Shown here piece after piece: positions 52,820-64,000 of a stretch of 64,000 bases of DNA (the stretch's first letter is position 1; every line of letters starts with the position of its first letter). Position numbers and translations under genes: made by a program. The stretch spans positions 32,327,698-32,391,697 of the forward strand of contig NC_069003.1 of the NCBI RefSeq assembly GCF_001194135.2. The letters run 5' to 3'. The notes beneath the pieces were generated by a model, which ran no database searches, was not told the origin of the DNA, and worked only from the letters and a program-made list of their open reading frames with translations. This stretch comes from Octopus bimaculoides (lineage: Eukaryota).

Positions 52820-53205
52820 TTTAGCACACTGTAGGGGCATCATGCTTGTTGAGGCAGATTTTCTGTGGTCAGATGCTCTTCTTTTCAACCCTCATCTATA
52901 TCCGAGTAAGGTGATATCTCCCCATAACCAGACATATTTTCATGGAGGATTAGAAACAGAGATCTTTTGCATGATAGTGGCACTCATTTATAACTATCAT
53001 GTGATGTCAAGGCAAGGAGACAGTAATACACACACACACACGCAACAGGCTTCTTTCAGTTTCCATTTACCAAATCTACTCACAAAGCTTCAATTGATCT
53101 AGGGTTATTGTAGAAGACACTTGCTCAGGCTGCTGCCATACTGTGGGATCGAACCTGGAACCATGTGATTAGAAAGCAAACTTTTTACCACACAGCCATA
53201 CCTGC
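52820..53205 (-). mobile_element. SINE family A (A2)
   Basis: Reverse homolog. Further partial family A copies lie near 935-1080, 5514-5635, 14590-14722, 18625-18742, 22490-22645, 33595-33745, 53290-53400, 58490-58720 and 62870-62990. Confidence 0.8.
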
Positions 53206-54119
53206 ACATGCATACACACATACATTCATATATTCTTGACTTTTGCACATTTTTCGTGTATCGAATTTTAATCACTTATATTGGGCAAACTGAGGCTAAG
53301 GTAGAAGACACATGCCCAAGATACCATGCAGTTAAGGATTAAACCTGGAAATATGTGGTCGTGAAGCAGATTTCCTCATAACACACATGCAACAATGGCT
53401 GTGCCTATCTTCTGCTTTCTACGTTCTTGTCCAACTAATCCTTAATTCTGAATGTTCACATTAGTTCATTCATGTGTTGTTTCAGAGCCAGAACAACTGG
53501 AACAATCAGATTAATCTTATATATAATAATGTGTATGTGTGTCTACACATATATTATATAGACATATGTAAGGGTTTATGTGATGTTTGCGTATATTGTG
53601 TGTGTTTATGTGTATATATTATTAAATATATGTATTATATATTAGATATAATATATATGTTATATACTAAATATATAAGTTGAAATGTGTGTGTGTGTGT
53701 GTGTGTGTGTGTCCGTTGTCTGTAGTTCATTTTTCTAACGTCCTGTACCCGAATATGCATCTATATACACATGTAGATGTAAGTATGTACATATATGTGT
53801 GTATACATGCTTATATATCCGTTGTATGTATGTATATATATATAGTAGTGAGTAAGTTTGGAGGGTGAGAGTACTGTTTCTGTATCCCGAAGTTATAAAA
53901 TCCCCTTTTCTTGTATATTTTCTATTTCTGATGACAGTATCAGCTGTTATTTACACACAAGACAGCTCCCTATACTGCTATCTAGAAATATATTATAGCT
54001 GTGTTTCTAGTTTCTATCTATCTCTTTCCACATTCTGTTCGGTTTGAGTCTTTTGTCTTTGTTCACGTTGAAATATTATTGATGGTGTAGCATACACAAA
54101 TCACAAATACACATTTACA

Positions 54120-54160
<41 letters not shown>

Positions 54161-54573
54161 NNNNNNNNNNATATATATATATATATATACGCACATATAT
54201 ATACACACACATATATATATATATAGACAGAAGGAAAGATATGCAAATTTATTATGTTTGTTTTCAACATGGTCATCATTCATGTTTTATGTTTGTCTTC
54301 CATGCTTACATGGACAGTTGTTGGAAATCACAGCTTCACAATGATTCAAAGGGGGAGGTTTTATAATGTGTTATTTCTGTTTCGAGCAAACTCTAAAAAT
54401 GTATTATAATATCTATTGTATGGAGGAGAGCAAAGTTGTCATGTTGGCAAGCTGCACGAAATATTTCGGCAGCATAATAATTGAGTAAACTTCGAAGTGC
54501 TGGTCAGAACAACATGCCAGTAAACCAAATGTAACCACAGGACAAATGAAAACCTGCTTTGCTCCCTAAATAG

Positions 54574-54621
54574 GAAATTCTTAACAAAAGCAATTATTTA
54601 CAAAGCAATGGTAGCATGCAG
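54574..54621 (+). CDS. Candidate 48-nt frame-preserving cassette exon (KFLTKAIIYKAMVAC)
   Basis: tttgctccctaaatag/G ... CAG/gtaagt; open in phase 2-2, matching the intron it lies in. No homology support. Confidence 0.25.
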
Positions 54622-54845
54622 GTAAGTATGAGGCAGAACAGTTGAGGGAGCAGGTAGGCCAGGTGGTATGGATCGATAATGTTGAGGGGCTTACTCATTC
54701 TGTTTGAAGTAAAGGATTCACTTTCGTGAAGAATTTACCATTTTTATAATCATTCTAGTTCTTTTATTCTTCTCTGTTAATTGTACACTACATGTACATA
54801 TATATATATATATACATCCATAATCTATGCATATATCATATGTAT

Positions 54846-55064
54846 TTAACCTTTTAGTATTTAAACTAACCATATCCAGCCCAGATATCCTACCTGTTTT
54901 ATGTTCAAACTGGCCAGATCTGACCTCTCACACTTACCCTATAATGTCATTCTAAAAGTAAACTATCACATCATCAAAATCTTTAATGCTACATAATTAA
55001 TTCACAACAAAGTGAATAGATAAGCATTACATTTGACAGAGTAATCTAAATGCTGAAGGGTTAT
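54846..55064 (+). mobile_element. piggyBac-type MITE, family E
   Basis: Full-length homolog of 49582-49810 (TTAAccttttagtattt...aaatgctgaagggTTAT). Confidence 0.85.
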
Positions 55065-55954
55065 CACTGATTACTAAAATGCTTAATGAGTTCAACATGG
55101 TACCTACTTGTCACATCTTGCATGATACTGTTACCAGTTAAAATGGAGCCTTCGTTTCACATTGGGTTGTTCCTGTTACCAGATTTGCTTGGGCAAATAG
55201 TAGGAAAAATATCCTGTATGATTTATTAGTGGAAGCATCTTCATAAGCTAGTTTCTCAAAACATAAACCCCCTTTCAGCAATCAAATGGAAACTTTTGAA
55301 TATTGAAGTATTATAAAATATTTGGCACATTTGATGAAAAAGAGAAAGAAATAATTGATAATTAAAGAATTTCAATTAACAGACAATTATGATGTGCTGT
55401 CATATGCAGCTATAAAATATTAGGTTATAAATTTAAAGGCTGAAGAGAAACCTTGTTGATCAAAAGTAACTCTAGAGATTATTAAGGATGCTTTCATAAA
55501 AAATTAAATATTGTACAAAAAGAACAATAAACTGATGTCAAATCATCATCATCATAATGTCCCTTTTTTTGTGTTTGCATGGGTCAGATGGAATTTGTTG
55601 AGGTGGATTTTGTAGGGCAAATGCCTTTCCTGTCACCAACTTTCATCTGTTCCAAGCATGTTTTTGCTGGGGAATGCTGCCATAGTTTAGCTCTATGAGA
55701 ACTTGCACATATTACAACAGCCCCTGTATGATGTAAGATGACAACTGTAATTTCGCTGCTACTAATGGATCTCTTTGTTAATCATAAGATATTAACTATT
55801 AATACCATTTGATAAACTTTGCTGAAATTTTTTGTTTCATTGGAATTTCTAATGAAAAGAAAGGTGACGACTGTTGTTTATTGTGCCAAAAGCTGGTTCC
55901 CATTCTGTAGTAGCCACTAGCTGCTGAGATACAGATTTCATTCATGATCTGAAC

Positions 55955-55999
55955 TGGCCAATGAGAATGAGAACAAGCTTCACTCACCATCCAATCAGG
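55955..55999 (+). promoter_or_regulatory. Tandem NF-Y-type CCAAT boxes 33 bp apart
   Basis: ggCCAATgag (55958) and atCCAATcag (55991), about 340 bp upstream of exon 56335. Confidence 0.25.
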
Positions 56000-56334
56000 C
56001 ATATTTAATTAGACATATTTAAAGCTGTGTACAGCTCATCACTTGCATCTAAGCACCCAAAAATCAGACGTCTTGCAACAGTGAAACTTGAAATGATGCA
56101 GTTCTGGGTCAAACTGTTTATACACAATATCTGAACTCACAGTGTGTGTTGAGCACTTGTGTTTTTCATGGTTTGTACACTTCAGCTCTGTGTGTGTGCA
56201 TGTATGTGTGTGCGTGTATACATATACAGTGTAAAAGAGAGAAAGGGAGATATTAAAAGAATGTATATGAAATAAATTTCTGCCAACATCAAACTCGCTG
56301 TTTTAACTTACATAAATCTTTTTATGTCTTGTAG

Positions 56335-56443
56335 GAAAAATGTAGATTATAGTCCGTTGCCGGAATCTAAACGTACTCGGTCTCCTGGACGTAAAAGCAA
56401 AGAAAAATCAAAAGGAATGGACGAGGATACACTAGCTGAAGAT
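56335..56443 (+). CDS. Internal coding exon of the host gene (KNVDYSPLPESKRTRSPGRKSKEKSKGMDEDTLAED)
   Basis: Acceptor tttttatgtcttgtag/G, donor GAT/gtaagt, 109 nt, phase 2 to phase 0. It joins in frame to exon 37360-37573 (AC+G = Thr). Confidence 0.8.
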
Positions 56444-56672
56444 GTAAGTCCATTTTTTTTTTTTTTACAAATATGTTTCCATATTATTATTATTATCATC
56501 ATCATCATCATCATCATTATTATTATTATTATTTTTATTTACTTTGTTTTGATTTGTATGTCTGTTGATATTGTGACTCTATTGAACTATTGATTTCTTC
56601 CGAAACACGTGTTGATTTATAGGATATATTGATTGGTTTGTTGTTGATAACTTCTTTATTGGCAACTCTCAT

Positions 56673-56755
<83 letters not shown>

Positions 56756-59614
56756 TTTTATCTTCTTGTGCTTTCAGTTCTTGTTTTATGTAAACTTCCT
56801 CATATTTATATTCTACAGATACATCATAAATTATCTCCATCCCTTGCTTCAGATCAACCCCTCATTTCTTGCTCAATGTTCATGAAATCTATAGAGAGCA
56901 GGTAACAGGGAGTGATTAGGGGCGGGATTGCTTTGTCTTGGAATCAGAGAATAGTTTGGCAGTTCTGTAGAAAAACACTTTTTAATTAGAATTTATAGTT
57001 TTGTATTGTTGCTGTACTTTAGCCCTTGATCAGCTATGATCAAGCAGACTAATGATCAAAGACACACAAGGAAGTAATAACCACTCCTTTCAGTTATGAC
57101 TCACAGCTTCTATCTTTCTAGAGTTCTGAGGAGGCTTACATTATCCAATGCTGGTGTTTTCTTTATTTTAAAAAAGTGTTTCTCAGCCATATTTTTCCAT
57201 GTCCCACTTACATTTTCCGAAAGAAAAATGAACCCCATAATGACGAAAGTTAGTATATATATTTATATACTATGTAAGAAGAAAAAAAGGGAATTAAAAA
57301 ATCCAGGCAGATATCAATAAAGCACTCAGTTTTAAATGAATTTGGTTAATTACATTCAACAATCAGACATCAATAAATGCAAGTAGAATACACATCCAAG
57401 GTAATTCCTTGTGTATGATAAGTAGATCCAAATATCATTTAAAAGAATTTGAGAAATTCAGAGTATTAGACAAGAAAAATATGTATAGAGAAAATCACAT
57501 CTTTAATTGTAGAGTTCACCATACAAAGCCAACAATTATTTCTGTTGTATCAACATAAATTAATTTAACTTTGGATTTAACTAATTTTGGATTGCTTTGA
57601 AAACATTGTGTCAACATATTTTCAGAAATATTAATTTCAATGATATTTTCTTTATCTAAATATGTTAATACAACGGAAACTACTGTTGACTTTGTATGGT
57701 GAATTGTACAATTAAAAGTGTGATTAACAATTCCCTAATTATTCCTAACAAAATTAGTAAAAATTTGAAGTGGCTACTTTGTCTTTGCAGCCATCTGAAG
57801 CTGATCAGATTAAATATCCATCCCTATAAGTTTGAACCATACATACACCCAGCTTGATCAGCTGAACTGAAAACTTGATGGTGGACAATTGTCAGTAACT
57901 GAGCTGGTATCTTATATATTTCTGTGAGAAAGTTTCTGCTTTATTGCTTTATCTCTTTAGATAACTGATGATGAGTGAAATGTCAAAACTTTATATTAAA
58001 AACAGGAAAAAAAAAAGTCAAAATTCCTCTGAAATATTGTTTGAATTAAATACAATATTTGTAGCTCTTTTCATAATCGCCATCGTCACCATTATATGGT
58101 TATTTTATCTTTTTCTTTTTTTTTTTTCTATTGGCATCAGTTCTTCAGGTGTTCTGCAGTGTACAGAAAACCTGAAATCCTACCAGTTTCTGTCCAACAT
58201 GCTTTTTCTTATGTTATTTTGTTTTTGTTTTATATTTTTTGTTTATTTCTGTTTCTGTCAACAGATATCTGTGAAACTAAGAAAAATTGTTTTGTTTCAT
58301 AATTTAAAATATATTGTTTTCTGAAGAGAATTCTTTAAAGTTTCTTGTTCGATGTCAACAAACAAAACACTTTGTCTATTTCATAGAAAAAAAGAAAATG
58401 TAAATTACAAATATTTCAGATGAAAATATATTTTTTGTTTACATACACGCACACACACATCTATGTATGTGTGTATATATATTATAGATACAGTATGGCT
58501 ATATAATAAGTAGTCTGCTTCTCAACTACATGGTTCTGGGTTCATTCCCACTGTGTATCATCTTGGGCAAGTATCTTCAATCATAACCCTTGGCTATCCA
58601 AAGCCTTGTGAATAGATTTAGTATTCAGAAATTCAAAGAAACCCATTGTATATATTTAAGTGTGTGTATAGGATAGGAGCACTCCATCAGTTATGATGAC
58701 GAGGGTCCCAGAAGTATTCATCCAATCCATGCGAATATAAAGAAAATTCAGAAACAAACAACAAAATATGTAGTGTGTGTGTGTATCACTTCTTGCAAAT
58801 GTCTATTTCTTTCACTGATATGCATACGTGCACACACACACACACACACACACATACACACACACACACATTTGTTTATGTATACATCATTGAGAAAGAT
58901 ACATTAGTGTGAAAATTTTGATAATTCTGTTCTTCACATATATACACACACAGAAAAAAATATATATATACCTGCTGGTATTTATTCCACCTGATTTGCA
59001 CAGACACTCCCTTATCATTCTCACCGTTGTAAACACACTGTACCAATAATTGGCCTGTTGGAGACCTATTGTGTCCAACAATGCTATTCTTCTCAAAATG
59101 CAAGACAGAAAAAAAAAAAAGTAACAGTGAAAGAAAGAAAGAAAGAAAGAAACCTGTTTGCACTATCTGATTATAATATGACTTTGTAAGATATAATGTA
59201 GTTTCGCATGTCAGTTCTCATGGATGACGTCTTACAATGTAAAGTATTAATTCATTGATATAAAATGTAAAACAGGATTGTCGATCCTCTTGATGTATAA
59301 TTTATGAATCACGTAGTATGCTAAGAATTGCACCTCCCCTCTGTCACTCTTTATCCCTACAGCATGGAAAATGAATGTTAAATGATGATGATAACTGCTG
59401 CACCTTCTCTACGTCTTTTCTTCTACATCTTTGGTGAATAATTGGCAGCGTTGTTAGTGTTGTGGTATTGTATTAGTTCTGACTCTGTATAGTGTGAGTT
59501 CAAATCTTACTCATGTGAATTTTGCTGCTCATCCTTGTGGCATTGTTAAATGCATGACAACCAATACAAAGTAGTAATTGGCAGAACTGTCAGAATGTCA
59601 GACTAGATGCTTTA

Positions 59615-59897
59615 CACTGGACTGTGAACCATTACTGGGCCTAAATTCATTCGGTACCAGGCCATACAGAAATAATAAACTTTTGAATTTTATTTCTATT
59701 TTCTTGACTCTCACAGTCTGCAGGGTGGGTTTTTTTTTTTTTTGCATTATATATTAATTATGTGATGTGTTATATATGCAATAATTAAATTATATATTAT
59801 GCACTTCATTGTGTTTTGTTATGCACATGATTCCTCAGTCCATGGAAAAATTACCTTGCCTGAAACCTGTCCATGTGCCAAAGGTTTGAACACCACT
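59615..59897 (+). mobile_element. hAT/Charlie-type MITE relic resembling MER1
   Basis: The 3' end gtccatggaaaaattaccttgcctgaaacctgtccatgtgccaaaggtttgaacaccact parallels the recalled MER1 terminus. The 5' part ggtaccaggccatacag parallels GGAACCGGGCCGCACAG. Confidence 0.5.
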
Positions 59898-61291
59898 ACT
59901 TTATAGTATCTGTAGCAGCTTTCTGCATTCTGAGTTTGAATTCTGCCATGGGCCTGCTTAGGCTGTAGACTTGGTCCATCGCCTGATTTAATACCATAGC
60001 ACTTTGTGTATATTTAGCGGAGTCATCTTTATTGCAAGCAGTCTAACCACGTCTCTGGTTTCAGAATATCTTCCTCACTCTTTCACACCAGTTTTGGAAA
60101 ACCTGTTAAATGGCTATAGATATTGCCTTCCTTGTTGACAAGGCAAAAATAAAATTCCTGAAGGAGAGTTCCTACATGAAATACAAAGTACCTGATGTTC
60201 TAAGTAACACTGTTCTGCCTCCCACTTTTTTTTATTACAAGCATATTGTGCCTTGGGTTATATTATCTAATGTGTTTCTTTTTAATTAACATATCATAGA
60301 TAGTAGGAGTTGAAGAAATTTGACTGCTACCATTTCTAGCTTGTTAAGTAGCCACATAGGAGCACCCACATTTGCTTGATCAGCTAGTTTATTGCTAAGG
60401 TATCAGTCAGCTAGATAAAGTAAGAACGTGTGTGTGTGTGTGTGTATGTGTGCAGTACTTTCTTCACTGCTGTGTTGACTTAATCTAGCATCTGTTGAAC
60501 TGACTTGAATGTGGGTGTTTTTCTTTTTTCCTAATTAACTGATCCGTATTATAGTAATACCATTAGCATAAAAATCTTTTGCCATTCATTGACAGTGAAG
60601 AACACTATTTAACAGAAATTTATTTGGCAGATTGGCAATTGTAGTTGTTATTTAGTCCCAAGTTATCTCTTATTGCACAAACCTGTTGTTATCCCTTTCC
60701 TGGTTGTATCTCTTACAAAATACCTTGTCAATGTGTTTCAATTAATTTTGAAAATAATTAAGAATTTTGAAGAGATTTAATGAAATAACCAACTTTGTCA
60801 TTATTCTTCATGTATCTCAATGGATAATATTAATCTGGTGTTTGGAACAGAACTTTAACAAAAGATACATATATATATATCTTTGCTTAGGCATAGCAAT
60901 ACTAATAACTTGGTGTCAGATCTCAATATGCATATGCTTCAGAATGAAGCATCAGTCGAGTACAGATTGGTAATAAAAAAATGAGAACAACAAAGGAATA
61001 AATAATTATGTTATGAACTTCATGCTTGAAGCATTCAACAATGAGTGCATTGCATCTGATAGCAGAAACAGCTGTAAGCTATTGAAGTTCATAACATAGT
61101 TGTTTGTTCCTTTTCATTCTATTTTCTAATTTATGTATGTATGTATAATTATTAAAGTGGAAAAATTATCAGAAACGCAATTTCTATTCATTGTTTCATA
61201 TATATATATATGATATATTCCACAATGTAACCTCGTGGATATCGTTGGCGATTTTTTCTTCCTCCATCTTCCCTTCTTTGGACTGTCCTAT

Positions 61292-61326
61292 GTTTCTGAC
61301 GAAGAGCTCTGCTCGAAACGTCAAAT
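61292..61326 (+). ncRNA. Minimal type I hammerhead ribozyme of the Penelope-like element/retrozyme type
   Basis: gttt-CTGACGA-A-GAGC-tct-GCTC-GAAA-CG-TC-aaat. Catalytic boxes are intact, stem II has 4 bp, stem III is the palindromic ACGT, the cleavage triplet is GUC (after 61322), and stem I is short (3 bp plus G.U). Confidence 0.75.
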
Positions 61327-61382
61327 TCTCTTTCTTTCCTTTCCCGAGTGTCCAGTAACACAATCTGTATCANNNNNNNNNN

Positions 61383-61415
<33 letters not shown>

Positions 61416-62199
61416 TTTGGTTTTGAAGGTAGCCCTGTGCCAATGTGGCACTGTGGCACAGTTCAATGACTGCAACCAGTCATAAAAAGAAGCAAAAAGA
61501 ATCATGCAAAAATACCTTTCTCATTTTAAGTATAAAGTTTTGCAATGTGCTTAATTCACAAAATGTGGCAGTTTTTTGAAAATGGTTACATTGAAATATG
61601 TGAGAAATAGCAAACATTTCCAACATTCCTTGTATTTAAAAAATGGTAATGCTGCACAAACCTTGCATGTTATGAAGCATGCATAAACCAAACTTTTCTT
61701 CTTAGGACTTTCTTGCCCTCATGCATTAACGGACGCCTTTTAGTCTCCTAGTCACCTTCCCCCCTCTTTAGGATGTTTGCAGTTTGACAACCTGTATATT
61801 GTCTGTTTATGTGTACATATATATGCATGTGTGTTACGTGTGTTTGTGTGCGCATGCCTATTTTCATATATGTATATGTGTGGGTGTATAAAGAAACATA
61901 TTTCCATCTTTTTATATTAATCCCTCTGTCGTCCCCTTTTTAAAATCCTTAAGGCCCCCCCCCACCACCACCACCTCCACTTCTGCTTTTCAAATTACCA
62001 CTATTCTTATTTCAATTATCTCCTAGCTGTCTTCCTTCATCGTTTTTCACAGTTGCCAGCATTTTCATCGATTATCCCCCCCTCCCTATTACCATTGTTT
62101 AACACCTTTCATCTTAAATTCTCCCTTTGGTATATTCTTTGTTTTTTTTTCTTTTCTCCTGCTTCTCCCTCAATCTTCTCTATTTGTGTCATTTTTTGC

Positions 62200-62291
<92 letters not shown>

Positions 62292-62601
62292 CTACTTCCA
62301 ATCTAGTTTGTATCATCAGAAACTACCACTTTCCAACTTAGGAAACTGCTCATCTTAAATTGTTAAACATTTCCTTTTCTGCATGGAAGAATAGAAAAAC
62401 CAATTCATTCCACTTTTGAATTGTTTTTACTCTCTACTGATTCGGACCATCACCGATTTCCTAGGATCCCTCTGTTTACTGTTTTTGTTTCTCAACAGCT
62501 TATGTATTTCTTCTTCAGATTCAGAAAGAAGCTTTTCTTTTTTTGCTTTATATTGCTGTTTTACCTCTAGTTTGCAAAGTAGCTTCCTTATAAAGTTACT
62601 T

Positions 62602-62824
62602 CCCTTTAGCATTCAGGTTACTCTGTAAAATGCAATGCTTATTTATTCACATTGTTTTGAATTTACTGTATATTATCTCATAGCTTCGAAATTTCAACGA
62701 TGTGATAGATTATTTTCAGACTGACATTCTAGGGTAGGTATGAGAGGCTGGATCTGGTCAGTTTGAACATAAAACAGGTAGAATATTTGGCCAGATATGG
62801 CAGGTTTAAATGCTAAGAGATTAA
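62602..62824 (-). mobile_element. piggyBac-type MITE, family E
   Basis: ccctttagcattc...aaatgctaagaga-TTAA; reverse-complement homolog. Confidence 0.85.
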
Positions 62825-63749
62825 ATATTCTAACTGCATGAATATATCTTTGAACTCTTAACTTAATGGTTTCAGGATTTTATCCCAGTGTGTGACACCT
62901 TGGTCAACTATCTCCCTTCAAGCAAAGCTTTGAGCTACCTAAAGCCTTGTGAGTGAAATTTATTGGAAGGAAACTATGTTTAAACTTGTTAGAGGTATTG
63001 TTTCTGTTTCTTTAGTGTAGTTTATGCTGCAAGCATTCAGGCCAGAAGATAAACTTTCTCCTTCTCTCACTCCAGTATTGGAGGCTTTGAGAAAGGTAAC
63101 AAAAGTTATCTTTCTCTTTCTCTGAAGAAGCATAGAAAAAAAGAAAATTCATAAAAATATATTACATATTAAATTTCAAAATCATCTCTCCATCTATCTT
63201 CTCCATTCACTATTCCTAGGAGAGACCTGGGTGTAGAGTCCTCAGGCACTTTCTACAGTGGGTCCTATCAGAAGCAACAGTCATTAGATTTTCTAGCTGG
63301 ATTCCCACCAACTAAGATTATGAATATTATTCAACCATTTCATTCTTGGCCTTAAATACATGTGAACCAAAAGATGCCATTTTTCGAAATAGGTATGTTT
63401 TAGTGGTAGACTTAATCTGTTGCACATTTTAACACCACCACCACTAGCAACCACTTTCTAGCAAACGTTTGCAAAATAAAATTTTCTGTTCTAAGGATAA
63501 CTTTGAAGACCTGAATGCACACATGTCTTTATATATTGGTTATGAGGAATAATTTATCCAGCTCTTCACCAATCAAACAAGGATGCATGTTGTATGTCTG
63601 ATGACTTGTTTTAGTAGACAGATAAATCCCTCTGTTTTTGCTTCAATTTTGAAAATAGTGACATCTTTTGTAGTAGAATTGTTTGTACATTGGTCCAATC
63701 AGCGAAACGAGTGTGGCTTTATTTCTATTTCTGGAATGTAAATGTGGCA

Positions 63750-63825
63750 AATTAGTATATATTAGTAATCAATGGTCTAATAATAAAAATATTATTGGAG
63801 CATTGATTACTAATATATACTAATT
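63750..63825. repeat. 76-nt near-perfect inverted repeat (hairpin)
   Basis: 63750-63774 is the exact reverse complement of 63801-63825 (25 bp). Then one G/G mismatch, 10 further pairs (one G.U) and an AAAA loop. Confidence 0.95.
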
Positions 63826-64000
63826 AATATAGCTTATATTTTAAAATTTGCTCTATTATTTATATTCAATATTTATAATCGATGATTTGATTTATATGCA
63901 TATATACACACATAATTATTAGTTTGGTATCTAAGAACCTATTTATGTATCTATCTAGCTATATCTATATCTTTATATATATATATATATATATATATAT

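Noticed and set aside
57966-58032. CTGATGA...GAAA and a C/D-box-like pair
   Set aside because: There is no stem II for a hammerhead, and no terminal stem or guide for a snoRNA.
62427-62612. Lys/Glu-rich minus-strand ORF
   Set aside because: It starts inside a MITE terminus, has no splice signals and no recognisable family.

Overview
AT-rich, microsatellite-dense eukaryotic DNA with scaffold gaps. The repeat landscape is most consistent with an octopus (coleoid cephalopod); this is my inference from the repeat types and I have not verified it. The window appears to be almost entirely intronic to one plus-strand gene. Only two exons are well supported (37360-37573 and 56335-56443); they are splice-phase compatible and encode an ERD-repeat coiled coil followed by a basic/Ser-rich linker. 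The rest is a transposon graveyard: four tRNA-type SINE families (my labels A-D), RTE and HERO-like LINE fragments, two mariner and two Tc1 relics, three TTAA-flanked piggyBac-type MITE families and hAT-type relics. Most entries in the ORF track are microsatellite or gap artefacts. The strongest leads are an intact Penelope-type minimal hammerhead ribozyme core (61292-61326) plus a decayed second hammerhead (15712-15759), both in the host sense strand; a near-perfect 76-nt hairpin (63750-63825); an Hsmar1-like mariner with an in-frame catalytic-core deletion; and a tandem SINE pair bracketed by three copies of one 13-bp target duplication. Repeat boundaries are approximate (about +/-10-20 bp). 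Family assignments come from recalled motifs, not database searches.
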